Virus record (IMG/VR): IMGVR_UViG_3300029822_000003
Location: 1-64,000 of that record
DNA: 64,000 nt
Origin: a virus
Strand: one strand, 5' to 3'
The notes under the pieces are model-generated. The model had not been told where the DNA came from, ran no database searches, and worked only from the letters and a program-made list of their open reading frames with translations. Position numbers and translations under genes: made by a program. Below, piece after piece: positions 49,852 through 61,530 of the stretch. Position 1 is the first letter of the stretch. Every line of letters begins with the position of its first letter.

Positions 49852-52112
49852 TTAAAATTTATATCCTGCGTTTACAAGTGACTTTTTTACCACTGCTAAA
49901 TCTTCTTTACTAATCATAACTCTGCCTATATTTTTATTATCTATAGGTGTGTTTTCCAATACATTCATCCATTGCTTTATCATAGTGAACATTGAACTAT
50001 TTATTTGTATTAGACTTACATTACGTTCTTTAAACTTCTCCAGCTCTTTATGAAGCCTATTTGAGTTAGTTACAGCATCAATCATATATTCTAAAGTCTC
50101 CCTGCTGTCTGAATCCGCTTCTTTTCCGTTTAAAGCATCTTTCCATATTTCTAGTGTAGCGTCTATTGCTTTTTGAATTAACATTTTATCACCCTCTAAA
50201 TTTAAAATTTTAATTTTTAGTTTTACACTTATGTACTTTTATTCCATTCAAAATATTTTGAAACCAACTTTTCTAAGAGAATTCATGTCCCATATTTTAG
50301 GCTATTTCATTCTCAATTAGCTTAATTTCAGCTTATTTTAGCCTATGTAATTTATTTCCATGACGTCAATCCCAGTGATACCAACGGCCCAATTCTTAAC
50401 TTCGCTAAATGAATCTTTAGCGAAGTTAGATTTGTCTTATAGTACCGACTAAACATACTCTCCTTTCAAAGTACAAATTAAACAATTATTTTTGTTCCAT
50501 TCTAAATCTACTATTGATTTAACTTTGAAGCTATTTTCTTTACCGTCAATTGCATCTTTAACTTTTAGTATTTTTTTAGGTGTAGGCAATTCTCCCTGCA
50601 AAGGTACTAAATATAAAATTTCATCCATATTAACTCTCCTTTATCTTGTCTTATAAGTAATATAACTTGCTACATCTGCAATTAACTCTGGTAGCCATAG
50701 GAAAGCGTGTAGTGTTCCTGTAAGTATTGCAAATATAACATTACCTAGTAAATATACATATTTGTCCATTGCATATCCATACCTAAACCCTATAATAAAT
50801 CCTGTAACTAAATATATGTAAATTAAAAAGTATAGTAAGTATCTCATTTAATCACCGTTCCTGTGCCTGTTATTTAATTTTATTAGTTTCCCTTCCATTC
50901 TTTTTACTTGTATTATCATTTCTCTCAATTCTTTTTTATGTCTTTTATCTTTTCTATAAGTTATAATGGAGTCTATTATAAAATAAAGAAGTATAAGTGT
51001 TAATATTACTAGTACTGCTATATTCATTTATTCACCTTCTTTTGCTTCAAAATTATCACATGAATTATTCTCTATATCTTCTATATATTTATTTCCTAGC
51101 ATATTATCTTCAAGTAAGCAGTTATATCCATCCCAGTAGTTTAAGTTATTGCAATTTTTGCAACATCTTCTCATTTAATCCACCATCCTATTACAAATAT
51201 AATTACTAGCAAGTTCCCTGTTATCTGCATAAGTGTAAAGTAAAATTCTTTAAATTTAAGCATATCTTTAAGTTTAGCGTGTATTCCTGATAATATTTTA
51301 ATAGTGCCTACAGTATCGTATATGCCTGTAACTAATAAGATTATTGCTATTATTTTCATTTAATCAGCTCTCTTCTTCATCTAGCCATTTAATCATTTCA
51401 TTTAAACACTTTTTACGTTGTTTTATTTCACATTTTGATATTAGAAAACAATTTCCACATCTTTCCCACACTAGTTGTTTTGCTAGTTCTTCTTTGCTAC
51501 TTATTAATTTTTCAAAATTTTTCATTTCTTATTTTTCTCCTTATCATGTAACCACTTTGCTAGTTCTACTGTACAATCTTCACATAATTCAAATTTACCC
51601 TTGGCTCTCATATTGTAGTGAAACGCATCTTCTTCATTTTTATCTATCCTTTGCATTACAGTAACAATATCTTTTATAAATCTTTTATAGTTCATAGTAA
51701 ATTTAATATTAATCATGCTACTAGGGTCAATAGGTTTCTTACATCTATCGCAGCATTTCATTTAATTACCCCCTTCAATCTTTTCCTGTACCTTCAATAT
51801 ACTCTGTAATGCACTCACTTCTACTTGTAAAGATTTCATCATTGCATGAGCCGCCTTTAATGTTTCCTGATTTAAATCCCTATTGAATTTCAAATCTGCT
51901 ACATTTTCATTTCCACGTGCCAAATCACTTATTAATGTAGTTGGCATACCTTGTGCCCTAAGTTTTGCAATTTCTTTCGCCAGTGCTATTCTATAATCTT
52001 TTTCACTCTGTGCATATCCTTTAGCTTTAGAAGTTATTACATTAATTCCTTCATTTAATCTTTTAGAAGTTTTGTATAATGCATCTGTAACTTCCATAGG
52101 TTCTACTGCCAT
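49852..52112 (-). other. Hypothetical genes 49852-50184, 50449-50628, 50641-50847, 51171-51359, 51522-51761, 51762-52112
   Basis: Co-directional ORFs; two are hydrophobic. Confidence 0.55.
50399..50426. other. 28-bp palindromic recombinase-type site, copy 1
   Basis: ACTTCGCTAAA-TGAATC-TTTAGCGAAGT. Confidence 0.7.
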
Positions 52113-52493
52113 CTATTCACTTCCTAACTTTCTTAATAGTTCTCCATATTTCTTAGTGCATTTATCTATAGCCTGTTTTACTTTCTCTGTATCTGCTTCT
52201 ATATAAGTGTTTTTGACTTTCTCACCTACTAATACCCATAATTTCTTTTTACCTAGTTTAATTTCTAAGAAGTCAAGTTTATCTAATGTAATACATAAGT
52301 CTTTTCTGTTTCTTCTTACTTCACTTGTTGACTTCGTAAACCCTATCTCTTTTAAAATTTTAGGAAGATACCTTTCATTTGTGAAATATGTTTTATCTAA
52401 TTCCTTTTTCCAATCTTCTTCAAACCCATTAGAAAACATTTCTTTAGGAGATACAAGTGGTTTGCCTATTACTATATTTTCTATATGTTGCAT
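52113..52493 (-). CDS. Protein with an S4-like (TyrRS C-terminal-like) motif
   Basis: LPKILKEIGFTKSTSEVRR...IKLGKKK. Confidence 0.5.
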   Translation of the reverse strand: MQHIENIVIGKPLVSPKEMFSNGFEEDWKKELDKTYFTNERYLPKILKEIGFTKSTSEVRRNRKDLCITLDKLDFLEIKLGKKKLWVLVGEKVKNTYIEADTEKVKQAIDKCTKKYGELLRKLGSE

Positions 52494-52772
52494 TTAATCA
52501 TCTTCTTCCTCTAGTTCCTTCATAAAATCATCCCAATTTCTTTTAGGCAATTTGCCTTGTCTCATTAATTGCATTTCTTTTAAACTCTGTTCTATAGATT
52601 CTTTTACAGTACATGGCCTTTCGCCGCTTTCCTCTCTTGCGTCTATACTACGGTTAGTACACTCTTCTTCTACTATCTTTTTAACTTGTTCTTTAGTAAA
52701 TCCGTTTTCTTTTATAACTTTCTGGTTAAAATCCATTAATTCTTCTATTTCACACTTTGATTTATTTTTCAT
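52494..52772 (-). CDS. Orphan paralog of the putative antitoxin
   Basis: ERPCTVKESIEQSLKEMQLMRQGK matches ERPCTITESLKQSLKEMKLIRQGK. Confidence 0.65.
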   Translation of the reverse strand: MKNKSKCEIEELMDFNQKVIKENGFTKEQVKKIVEEECTNRSIDAREESGERPCTVKESIEQSLKEMQLMRQGKLPKRNWDDFMKELEEEDD

Positions 52773-52776
52773 GTAT

Positions 52777-53825
52777 TCATCTTCTCCTTATCTTTCTACC
52801 ACTGTTTAATAGCTGTACATTAAGGATTACAACTTTATCTGGAGATACACCATCTTTATTTGCAATAAACTTTTTTATAGTTTTCTGTATATCATTAAAG
52901 AGTGATACATTTCTTATCGGCTTAGACACATTTATACAAATTGAACCTTGGATTAATTTATTACTAATGTACGCATTATAAAGTACTAAATATCTCATTT
53001 TACAGTTCACCTTAAATCCCCCTTATACTATTTTTCTGCGTCTAGTTGGTATTGTAGAAGCTTCTTCCATGCTCCAACCTAAATGTACTCTACTTTTAAA
53101 TGTATTGGCATGAATTCCGTTCTCTTGTGCAATTTTTGAATACGTCTTAAAGCTTTCTTGTGTAGTAGTGTTTTTCACTTTACGATTTAATTTTCTTACA
53201 GGAGTAGTGGCAGCCTTTTTTCTATCCCATTTCAAGCCATACACTCTACTTGCAAACGTAGTAAATGGAATATTGTTTTCTTTAAGTGTTTCTATAAGTT
53301 TCTCAGACCATGTTTGATACCCTCTTATGGGAGTATTGATAGCTTTCCTTTTGCTCCATCCACCTTGCCTTATTCTACCTTCTAAGGTTTTTCTACATAT
53401 ACCATTCTTTTCAGCTTGGGTATATTCTTCTGGACTAATATACCAGCTATAATCCATAATTATTCACTCCTTTAAAATTGAAACATTCTAACTACTGGTG
53501 TTAACCATCTTAAATATTTAGGAAGTGTTTTATAGAAATAGCAGTCATTATTTATATTTAATTGTGACGGGCTTCCATAAATCTTTTTATCTGTATAACT
53601 ATGTATATATTTTATATGGCTCTTAATAAATTTTTGACCTACTTTATCGACTTTTCCTACTTTCTTTCCGACTGCTTTTCCAAAGGCTTTATTTGTATTA
53701 AATCTATCTCCTATAGGTATCCCACAACTAGGTATCTCACATTGGTCTACTCCTGTAAAATACCACCTAATACAATTGCTACAATATACTTTGTTTTGTA
53801 GTAATGTTTGTTTATTATTTTTCAT
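52777..53825 (-). other. Hypothetical genes 52777-53010, 53023-53457 (repeated A..NGI...F..R...GW DNA-binding-like units), 53472-53825
   Basis: Coupled ORFs with SD sequences. Confidence 0.6.
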
Positions 53826-53982
53826 ACTTATTCACTCCTTTTAACAGTTTGAAATTGGCATGATGTAGATAAATATAATCGTCCTGCTGTAGTAGCATAT
53901 ATCTGCTGTCTTTTAGTGTCTCTTTGGCTTCTATTTCTTCTCCTGTCTTTATATCTTTAATGTTAGGCCTTGTAGTTGGGAC

Positions 53983-54546
53983 CTAATAACTATAATATTC
54001 TTTTAACTTTTTCAAGCTTGCAGTTTTTCTTTTAATTAAAGTTGGAACCACAGATTTTTTATGTTCAGCTATATCAACTAACCTCATATCTTTAAAATAA
54101 TAATCAATTATTAATTTTCTTTGCTTTTCAGTTAAGATTTTCATTCCATCTTCAATAACAATTCTGTCTAATACCTGCTTATAGCTATCCACAGTATCAG
54201 GTATAACATCTTTTACTAATAATTTTTCATTAAAATGGTATGTACTTTCAATTGGCACAAATTTTATGTTCTTTGTGTTCTTTTGCTCACTATTATGTTT
54301 TCTACCGTAATTAAAGAAATGCCTATCAATGCATCGAGCTGCAAAAGTGGAAAATTCATAGCCATAATTAATGTCATACTTTTGATATGCTATATATAAT
54401 CCAATACCTGATTCTTGTATTGCATCGTCACGTTCAAGGAAAGAATATTTTTTAAATCTATAATAGAATGTATCTTTGAATAATTCATACACTTCTTCAA
54501 AGCTTAGAACCTTTACTTTTTTCTTAATAAGTAACGATTTAATCAT
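53983..54546 (-). CDS. Sigma-70-family RNA polymerase sigma factor (regions 2 and 4)
   Basis: DDAIQESGIGLY.A..KYD....FSTFAARCI; LTEKQRKLI..YY......DIA. Confidence 0.8.
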   Translation of the reverse strand: MIKSLLIKKKVKVLSFEEVYELFKDTFYYRFKKYSFLERDDAIQESGIGLYIAYQKYDINYGYEFSTFAARCIDRHFFNYGRKHNSEQKNTKNIKFVPIESTYHFNEKLLVKDVIPDTVDSYKQVLDRIVIEDGMKILTEKQRKLIIDYYFKDMRLVDIAEHKKSVVPTLIKRKTASLKKLKEYYSY

Positions 54547-54589
54547 GTTATCACCTGCTTATTAATTTATATAAATTTTATATTTTTCC

Positions 54590-55372
54590 TTAAATATAAT
54601 CTTCTTTCATAATTCTTTCACTATCTCCAGTAATCATAAAATATCTAGGTTGTGATACCTGTAAGAAATAAACTATATCTCCGTCATTATTCTCTGGTAA
54701 ATCTTCAAAGTATTCTTCTACTGTTTCTGTAAACATATCTAAATCAACGCTACTGCCTATTAATTTGTTTACTGCATCATTTATAAACTTCACATATTTC
54801 TCTCTAATTCGCTTATGCCTTTTATTTCTAAACATATTTCTAATTTCTAAATAAGATTTTATATAAGGTTCTACCTCATCAGACCAGCCGATCTTGTATA
54901 AAGATTGTAAACTCTCAGTCTCGTTATTTTTAGTTTTATTTAATTCAGTATAGTTAGTAGGCATATTATTCCTGTTTAGTTCGGCATTATTTGCCTCTAC
55001 TGAGCGGTATATTTTGCCGTTCATAGTGTTTTCAATGTCTATAGGTATACCAACATATATTTTATTTGGTTTTGTAAGCCCTTGACGTACTTCTTTTATG
55101 AGTTCATATTCAGCCAATTCTTTCATGTATTTTCTTACGCTTCTTTCACTTATATTTAAATCTTGTGCCATTTTATCTCTTGCGTAATATATAAATACGT
55201 TTCCACTTTCATCTACCCAATTATTCTTTATGCTTAAACTTACTCTATCTTTTAAAAACGAATATACAACTTTAGCTCCTAAAGACATATCTTTATATGC
55301 ATTTGTAAATAAAACTTTAGGTATTTGGTAGAAAGACATATTTGTTACTTCATTTATTTTTATATATTGCAT
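54590..55372 (-). CDS. repA: RepA_N-family replication initiator
   Basis: FYQIPKVLF, AKVVYS.LKDR..LS.KN.WVDE.G.VFIYY, RQGLTKPNKIY. Confidence 0.88.
   Translation of the reverse strand: MQYIKINEVTNMSFYQIPKVLFTNAYKDMSLGAKVVYSFLKDRVSLSIKNNWVDESGNVFIYYARDKMAQDLNISERSVRKYMKELAEYELIKEVRQGLTKPNKIYVGIPIDIENTMNGKIYRSVEANNAELNRNNMPTNYTELNKTKNNETESLQSLYKIGWSDEVEPYIKSYLEIRNMFRNKRHKRIREKYVKFINDAVNKLIGSSVDLDMFTETVEEYFEDLPENNDGDIVYFLQVSQPRYFMITGDSERIMKEDYI
54960..55018. promoter_or_regulatory. Putative origin iterons inside repA
   Basis: GGCATATTATTCC 54960, GGCATTATTTGCC 54983, GGTATATTTTGCC 55006; 23-bp period, in the linker after the RepA_N domain. Confidence 0.6.
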
Positions 55373-55394
55373 TTATTCCACTTCCTGTTAGTAT

Positions 55395-55934
55395 CTATTT
55401 GTCCAAATTATTTTTTATCATATAGTTAACTACTTCATCACTTTGAAACCCATTTTGGGATATATTTATTAATTCTTTAAATAACTTATCTACGTTAGTG
55501 GTAGAAAAATCAAATAATTCTCTCGTAGTATTGTATTTTTTAAATATAAAGTGAATTAGTGATTCATAATAATATTTGTCTGGTACATTTATGTAAAATA
55601 ATAATCTCATGTTTCCAAATTCTTGTTTTAAATTTTTCATTCTATCCTTGGAGTTATCAGAACATCCTATTTTAATTAATCCATTATCTAATTGAGCAAA
55701 ATAGACTTCTCCGTTTCTATTCCTTTTAGGTCTATATGATTCACATTTTAAAAATACTTCTAAAGAAAATTCACGTCTTAATATTTCAATATCTTTTTGA
55801 TTAAGATTGGATTCACTTTTTAGCACTTTCATTACCTCGGAGCATTGATTTTTGTCTAATACAATTCCGTTCTTATCATAAATCAAGTTGTCATTTCTAT
55901 CTAAATAAAATAATTCAACATCTCTTCTATTCAT
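55395..55934 (-). CDS. GIY-YIG-like (T5orf172) domain protein
   Basis: GEVYF......IKIG.S....R...L...E..IH..F......ELF. Confidence 0.7.
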   Translation of the reverse strand: MNRRDVELFYLDRNDNLIYDKNGIVLDKNQCSEVMKVLKSESNLNQKDIEILRREFSLEVFLKCESYRPKRNRNGEVYFAQLDNGLIKIGCSDNSKDRMKNLKQEFGNMRLLFYINVPDKYYYESLIHFIFKKYNTTRELFDFSTTNVDKLFKELINISQNGFQSDEVVNYMIKNNLDK

Positions 55935-56109
55935 CTATGCCACTTCCTTACTTTCAATTATCTTCAGTAGTTTCTACAGGTTCATAATTATTTTTTAGTT
56001 GCCTAGGATTCTCTGCACATTCTGAATAACTACAATAATCACAAGGGCAATCTTTGCAATCTTTAATATTGCAGTGTTGGCATTTATAATACTTGCAGTC
56101 CGTAACCAT

Positions 56110-56835
56110 TTATTTTCCTCCTTTTAATGGTCTAAAATTATTTAAGAAATCCATTTGCTGATATGGTCTATCTTTCTTTATTACGTCTATGCTTTCGTCT
56201 ATAACTTTCATAGAGTTACTTAATACATCCATTGATATATCTTCCCATTTTTTGACTTGTAAAATAATAAATATTCTTTGCTTCACAAGGTCATATTCTT
56301 TATTGGCTCTATTTATTCCCAATCTATCTTTTATATATTTTCCTATGCTAAATTTAGTAGCACATGAAGGCTTATAATAAGTAGAACATTTATTTTCTAC
56401 CTTCCCTATTTCCTTTTATACTTCACTTTTGACTATATTAGAAATTTCAGATTTGAATTGCCCCATTAGCTCGGATTTTATAAGTATTGCTTCATGCTTT
56501 CTTATCTTATCAAGTACTTCCCATACCCAATCTATAAAAGCATTTGCGTTATGTTGTTGGCTCCATCTGCATATTTCATAAATCCCTTTAGGTGTATAAA
56601 GCATTGTATTATAAGCTTTCCCATCAGTACCCGTCACTTTGGTGGTAACTGAAAATTTGTTCAATCTTTCTTTATGCCTAGAGTGTAATTTATCAATAGC
56701 CTTTTGTGGTTCACTATATTCCAAAGCTCTCCCTATTTGTTCTCTAGTAATTAAAATATCATCCTTGTTACTTCTATAAAAGTCACATTCTATATTGCAA
56801 AATTTTTCTGTTGTAATTAATCTTAATTCTGGCAT
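56110..56835 (-). pseudogene. Bro-N domain protein split by one in-frame TAA at 56416-56418
   Basis: TREQIGRALEY..P..AI..LH.RH Bro-N; frame continues without stops into ORF 56110-56322. Confidence 0.7.
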
Positions 56836-56858
56836 TGTTATTTATCATCAACCTTTCT

Positions 56859-57077
56859 TTATTTTATTGGCCATCCTTTCGGGTAACATCTTCTAGCAAT
56901 TCTTATAGTCAATAGATTCTGTATAGTGTGTAGGGCAACCATGAATTCTTCTATTTCGTTTGGATGCTGCCGTGGTAATTTGCAATACTTATTCCAAGCT
57001 GAAAGTAAATCATCCATTACCTCTCCCTCTGCATCTGTAAGACCATCATTCCTAGTTATCTTTTCTAAATCGTTCAT
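56859..57077 (-). CDS. Hypothetical phage protein
   Basis: GGAGG RBS; 72 aa. Confidence 0.6.
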   Translation of the reverse strand: MNDLEKITRNDGLTDAEGEVMDDLLSAWNKYCKLPRQHPNEIEEFMVALHTIQNLLTIRIARRCYPKGWPIK

Positions 57078-57552
57078 CTTATACCTCCTAACATTTTTCC
57101 ATAATGATTTTATTTTCTTCCATAGAAAATAACAATGTATCTCCTTTTTCGATTTCTAATTTATCTGTCATTTCTTTAGGAATATTTATGTATCTATTGT
57201 GGTTGATTGAATTTTCTTGTACTTTCATTGTCCTTTTCACTTCATCACTTCCCTTCTACTTATATTATACCATAATATTGAGTTAAATACTCGTTATTTA
57301 TGAATGTTATTCAAAATATTTAAATTTATTTTAAAGCAAATAAAGAGCGGTTTTAATCTAAATAGTATAATTACACTACTTAACAATTAAAATCGCTCTA
57401 TGATGCTTCTACACTTCATATAGGCATAAAAATAGAAGGTACTAAACCTTTAAGTATAAGTCTAGCACCTTCTATAACCCTTCATCTTTATTTATTATTA
57501 CCTATTGAGGGCATTTATATTCGTTTTTAAATTAATTAATGTACGTTTTTGA

Positions 57553-57580
57553 ACGTCGCTAAATCTAAGTTTAGCGAAAC
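57553..57580. other. 28-bp palindromic recombinase-type site, copy 2
   Basis: ACGTCGCTAAA-TCTAAG-TTTAGCGAAAC. Confidence 0.65.
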
Positions 57581-57589
57581 TCATTATTA

Positions 57590-60010
57590 TTAATCATCTA
57601 TTTCTTTATGCAGCCAATTACTTTTATATCTTCCATTTTCTATACTCCAATTCATAATATCTTTATCTTCTGATATTTCTATACTTCCACATCTTTGCTC
57701 TAACATTTGTGCACATTCATCATGTTCTCTTTCTCTAGCTAAATTACATCCATGTACTTGTGATGAATTAAAGTTATTAATAAAAGCAATTTTGTCTCTA
57801 TTGTAATCTATAAGAAATATTCTATCCTCATCCATCAATATAATATCTCTGCAATTAAGGGTGTGTTCTTTTCCATGTATATCTCTTATTAATATTTGTT
57901 CATCATCAAATATTTTTTTCTTCTCTTTTACTTTTACAATTCCAGTGCTAATTAATATTTCCATAAAAGTTTTATTTCTAATAATATCCTGTCCTACTAC
58001 ATACATATCTATCATACATTATCGCTCCCGTTTTATATTATCTATTTTCTTTTGCAAATCATATTTTTTAATCAATTCTTTCCAAGGCATCCCGTCTGCT
58101 ATATCATTATACATTTTTACCTCTATAAAAGCATTGTCAGCTAATACCGATAGTGCATATTTAATTCTTAATTTATATTCTGGACACGTTTCTCTAAAAT
58201 CAACGCTTTTGCAATTCTTAGCTTGACATTTTCCACCTGGAAACATCCACGGAGTTGAAAAGAATTCGTCACAAGTATTACACGTTTTCTCTATTTTAAG
58301 TAATTTGTTTGGGTCTTCCATTTACATATCACTCCCAAGAATTTCATTATCAGTTCTTTCATTAAGAGCTTTAGCCACTATTCTAAAATACTCTTGTACA
58401 TTTTCTTCTTCCATAATTTCTTCTTTTGTAGGTTTACGCCCTAGACATTTAATTTTTAATGGTATATTCATTTATATATCACTCCTTCTTTATAACTTTT
58501 CCTATTGTTCCAGGTTTATATTTAATTACATCTATACCGCTATCTGTAGAGTTTTATTGTATAGATTCAACGCATTGTCTTTGTTTATGTTCCAGCCTTT
58601 ACAATCAAATAGTTCTAAGTATTTAGTGAAAGCTTTCTTTGATTTCAGTGTGAATATGCTATTAAATAAAGGCCATAATCCTTTCCATTCATCAATAAAC
58701 CCGCAAGCAAATGGAGGATTTATCCAATAAGATTCATACCCTATTAGTTCATACAGATAAAGTACATCATTATAGGTTAAATCTTTTCCCCAGTTTTCTT
58801 TTATCCATTGTAAAGTATGATGTTCTTCCATGCAATCAACTCCTTAATATTTAGATTTTCTTCTCTTTATTTCAAACTTTTTAGCTGTCTTATTTAAATA
58901 TCTTTGTGTTTGAATGTACCTATATATTCTTTTAAATATGTTCAATTATAGTCAGCTCCTATTTATTATTAAGTACATTATAATATATTCCTACCGCTTT
59001 TAATTCTGCTACGTTGTCACATTTTAGTAGTATATTTTTATCTGCACCAATTTTTAATGAAGTTTCAATAGTTGAAAGTATGTCGTTAGGTGTTAGTTCT
59101 CCATCTTTATGCGATATTCTCAATGCTAAAATTTTTAATTCTTCATCTATGGTAATGTTATTCTCTGCTAATTTTCTTCCACATTTAGGGCAATACTCAA
59201 TTTCTCCTGAGGATTCACCGGCATAATAGGAATTTGATGTAAGGTAATACGTTATTATGCCTTTAATATATTCTTTTTCTAAGTAAGTTTCAACGTCACA
59301 ATCATCTATTATTGGCTCTCCTCTTGATGTATCTTCATCTATAATGTCTTTAAAATCGCAGTATTTACACATTTAATCAACTCCTATCTATAATTCTTTT
59401 AGTCCGCGTTCTCGCCTTACTTTATTTATAGAAGTGCCTTTATATTCTTCTACACTTTCATTAAGCTTATTGGCTATTTCTAGTTCATCATTATAATTTA
59501 AAAGTCTCCACCTTTTTATGCACTTTGATTTTAAATATTCCTTTTTTACGTCTGGACCGATACTAGGATTATTTTCTTTAGCTTTCATATACCATTCTAA
59601 AGAATCATTCTGTAGTCTAATTATAAGTGCATCTATGCTTTCAACATCTATGGCTATAATCTTACTTTCACTATTAAGCAATTCAGCCTTTACTAGCATA
59701 ATATCAGCTCCTTTTACATCCAACTATTGAATATTAATATAGAATCATCATCTAGTATAACAGGGTTTACATCTAAAGCTTTGCTTAATTGAAATATGTC
59801 TACAAGATAATCCAATTCTATAGTTCCTACAAATACAATGTTATCTTCATCAATATAATTGAATATTTTGCCTTTCTTATGGAAATACGTATCTCTTGTC
59901 ATTGATTCTTCAAAACCGTATTTATTTAACACAGGTCTTATGCTATCAAGTTTTTCTTTAGAATCTGCCATGTATATTTCTACTTTCATTCTAATCTCTC
60001 CTTTAATCAT
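57590..60010 (-). other. Hypothetical genes 57590-58015, 58019-58321, 58532-58831, 58959-59372, 59388-59723, 59714-60010
   Basis: Co-directional ORFs with SD sequences; several CxxC. Confidence 0.6.
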
Positions 60011-60085
60011 ATTAATATTTTACAAGAATTACAAGTTATCTTTTTCATATTTTTCAAAGAACTTTTTTAGCTTCGTTTCGGATAT

Positions 60086-60114
60086 TAAAATAAGGTAAGC
60101 ACATTGCCTACCTT
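60086..60114 (-). terminator. Intrinsic terminator closing the ncRNA locus
   Basis: AAGGTAGGCA-ATG-TGCTTACCTT-ATTTT on the minus strand. Confidence 0.65.
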
Positions 60115-60130
60115 ATTAGGGGTTATCTAT

Positions 60131-60690
60131 TGGGGGATGGGATATTTACAACCCTATCTGAGTTGTTGGCGGCCATATTTATCGGCTACAGCCAAACCAT
60201 AAAAAATCAATAGAAAGGAGTTAAAAATATGAAATCTCAATCATTTATCTGTCTAGTGGTGGATAGAGTAGGACTTGAACCTACAGTGTTTTTTATGTAA
60301 GTGATTTACAGTCACCCTTCTTCAGCCAATTTGAATATCTATCCATATAGTGGGGAATCGAACCCCAAAAAGAAATTGGTTACAAGCTTAAAACAAACCC
60401 TTGTTTTTGCTTATCTGGGGCGGTAAAGGATAGCCTTAATTATCGCTTATCTCCTACAAACATATCCTGATTATGTTATATAGTTCTTATACGATTCCTT
60501 TATCCTTATTTTGTTTATATATTCAATTTAGCTTATCAGGTCACTAAATATCTTATATAAGTTTATCTTTTCATCTATGCCTAAAGACCGCTGGGACTAG
60601 ATTTATTTTAATTCCCTCTAGTTACAGGAATTGTTAAGTCTCATGGTGGCGGTTGCATTTTTATTTTACGTGTCCTGCAACCACAGGCAC
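60131..60690 (-). ncRNA. Pseudoknot-CCA RNA array, distal cluster (units at 60131, 60167, 60416, 60592, 60644)
   Basis: Each unit: two interleaved stems, A-rich loop, 3' CCA. Confidence 0.7.
60257..60344 (-). tRNA. tRNA-Tyr (GUA)
   Basis: Acceptor GGATAGA/TCTATCC + A + CCA; anticodon loop CT-GTA-AA; long variable region; T arm GTAGG-TTCAAGT-CCTAC. Confidence 0.9.
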
Positions 60691-60706
60691 AGCTTTTGAA
60701 ATCATC

Positions 60707-61347
60707 TTATCTTTCGTCCTTTTGAATTATTGCACGCATTTGTGCTACGACTTTTACTTCTTCTATTACATCGTCTAAAAGTCTAATTGGTGCTTTGTGT
60801 TCTGCAAGTATATCGCATATTTCTTCTGCTATTTCAGTAGTATCTATTGCATTCATTGTTTCTCACCTCAAACTATTCTTTGTCTTTAGTGTTTCTGATA
60901 AAATATTTTTATGTTGTTGCATTGTATGCTTACTATTATGTGGCCTTTTCTGTCAACTAAGTTGTACATAAAAGGTACACCACTTTGTGATGTAAAAGGT
61001 ATGATGAATCTTATTTCTTTGTCTTGGAAAGTATCCCCTACTGTGTATTCTTTTGCATCATCACATACTATTTTTCTTATGTATCTTAATACTTCGGTAC
61101 TATCTTCCATAGTTTTCATTTTATACCTCCACTTTTTATCATATGTATTAGAGATTTAAACTGTTGATCTCACTTATATAGTTATTTCTTCTTCATTTAT
61201 TATTTCACCAGTAGTTAATTCAAGCTTAAAGTCGACGATTTTTTCACTAGTTTCTTTTAATTCATCAACTAATGAATTAAATTTTTTTAGCAATAGTTCC
61301 AATTCAGCAGAGTTAGATTTTGTTATTATTCTTTTTATTTTAATCAC
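60707..61347 (-). other. Three small ORFs inside the RNA locus (60707-60856, 60886-61119, 61174-61347)
   Basis: Each has a GAGG or GGGGGTG SD; 49, 77 and 57 aa. Confidence 0.6.
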
Positions 61348-61401
61348 CCCCTGTAACTTGTTTTTTTATCTTTAGTTTGTATTTATCTTTGCTTATGTAT
61401 T

Positions 61402-61484
61402 AGAGTGGGTGAAGATTTGCACTTCACATGTTACAACCAACACCATATATGCTACCTTGCCGCATAATTGCAAGTTCCCCACTT
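61402..61484 (-). ncRNA. tRNA-like element (non-canonical)
   Basis: AGTGGG/CCCACT acceptor-like stem, CTTGC/GCAAG arm, TGAAG-TGCAAAT-CTTCA T-like arm; no CCA. Confidence 0.45.
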
Positions 61485-61530
61485 TCAACACGAGTTGTAG
61501 AAGCTGTTGGAAAGTGTAATTGCCCGCTCC

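Noticed and set aside
4449-56418. Stop-codon reassignment suggested by two in-frame TAA codons
   Set aside because: Many intact genes end in TAA, and the only clear tRNA has a normal Tyr GUA anticodon
60351-60367. Second tRNA gene
   Set aside because: Only a T-arm hairpin; no acceptor or anticodon arm could be built
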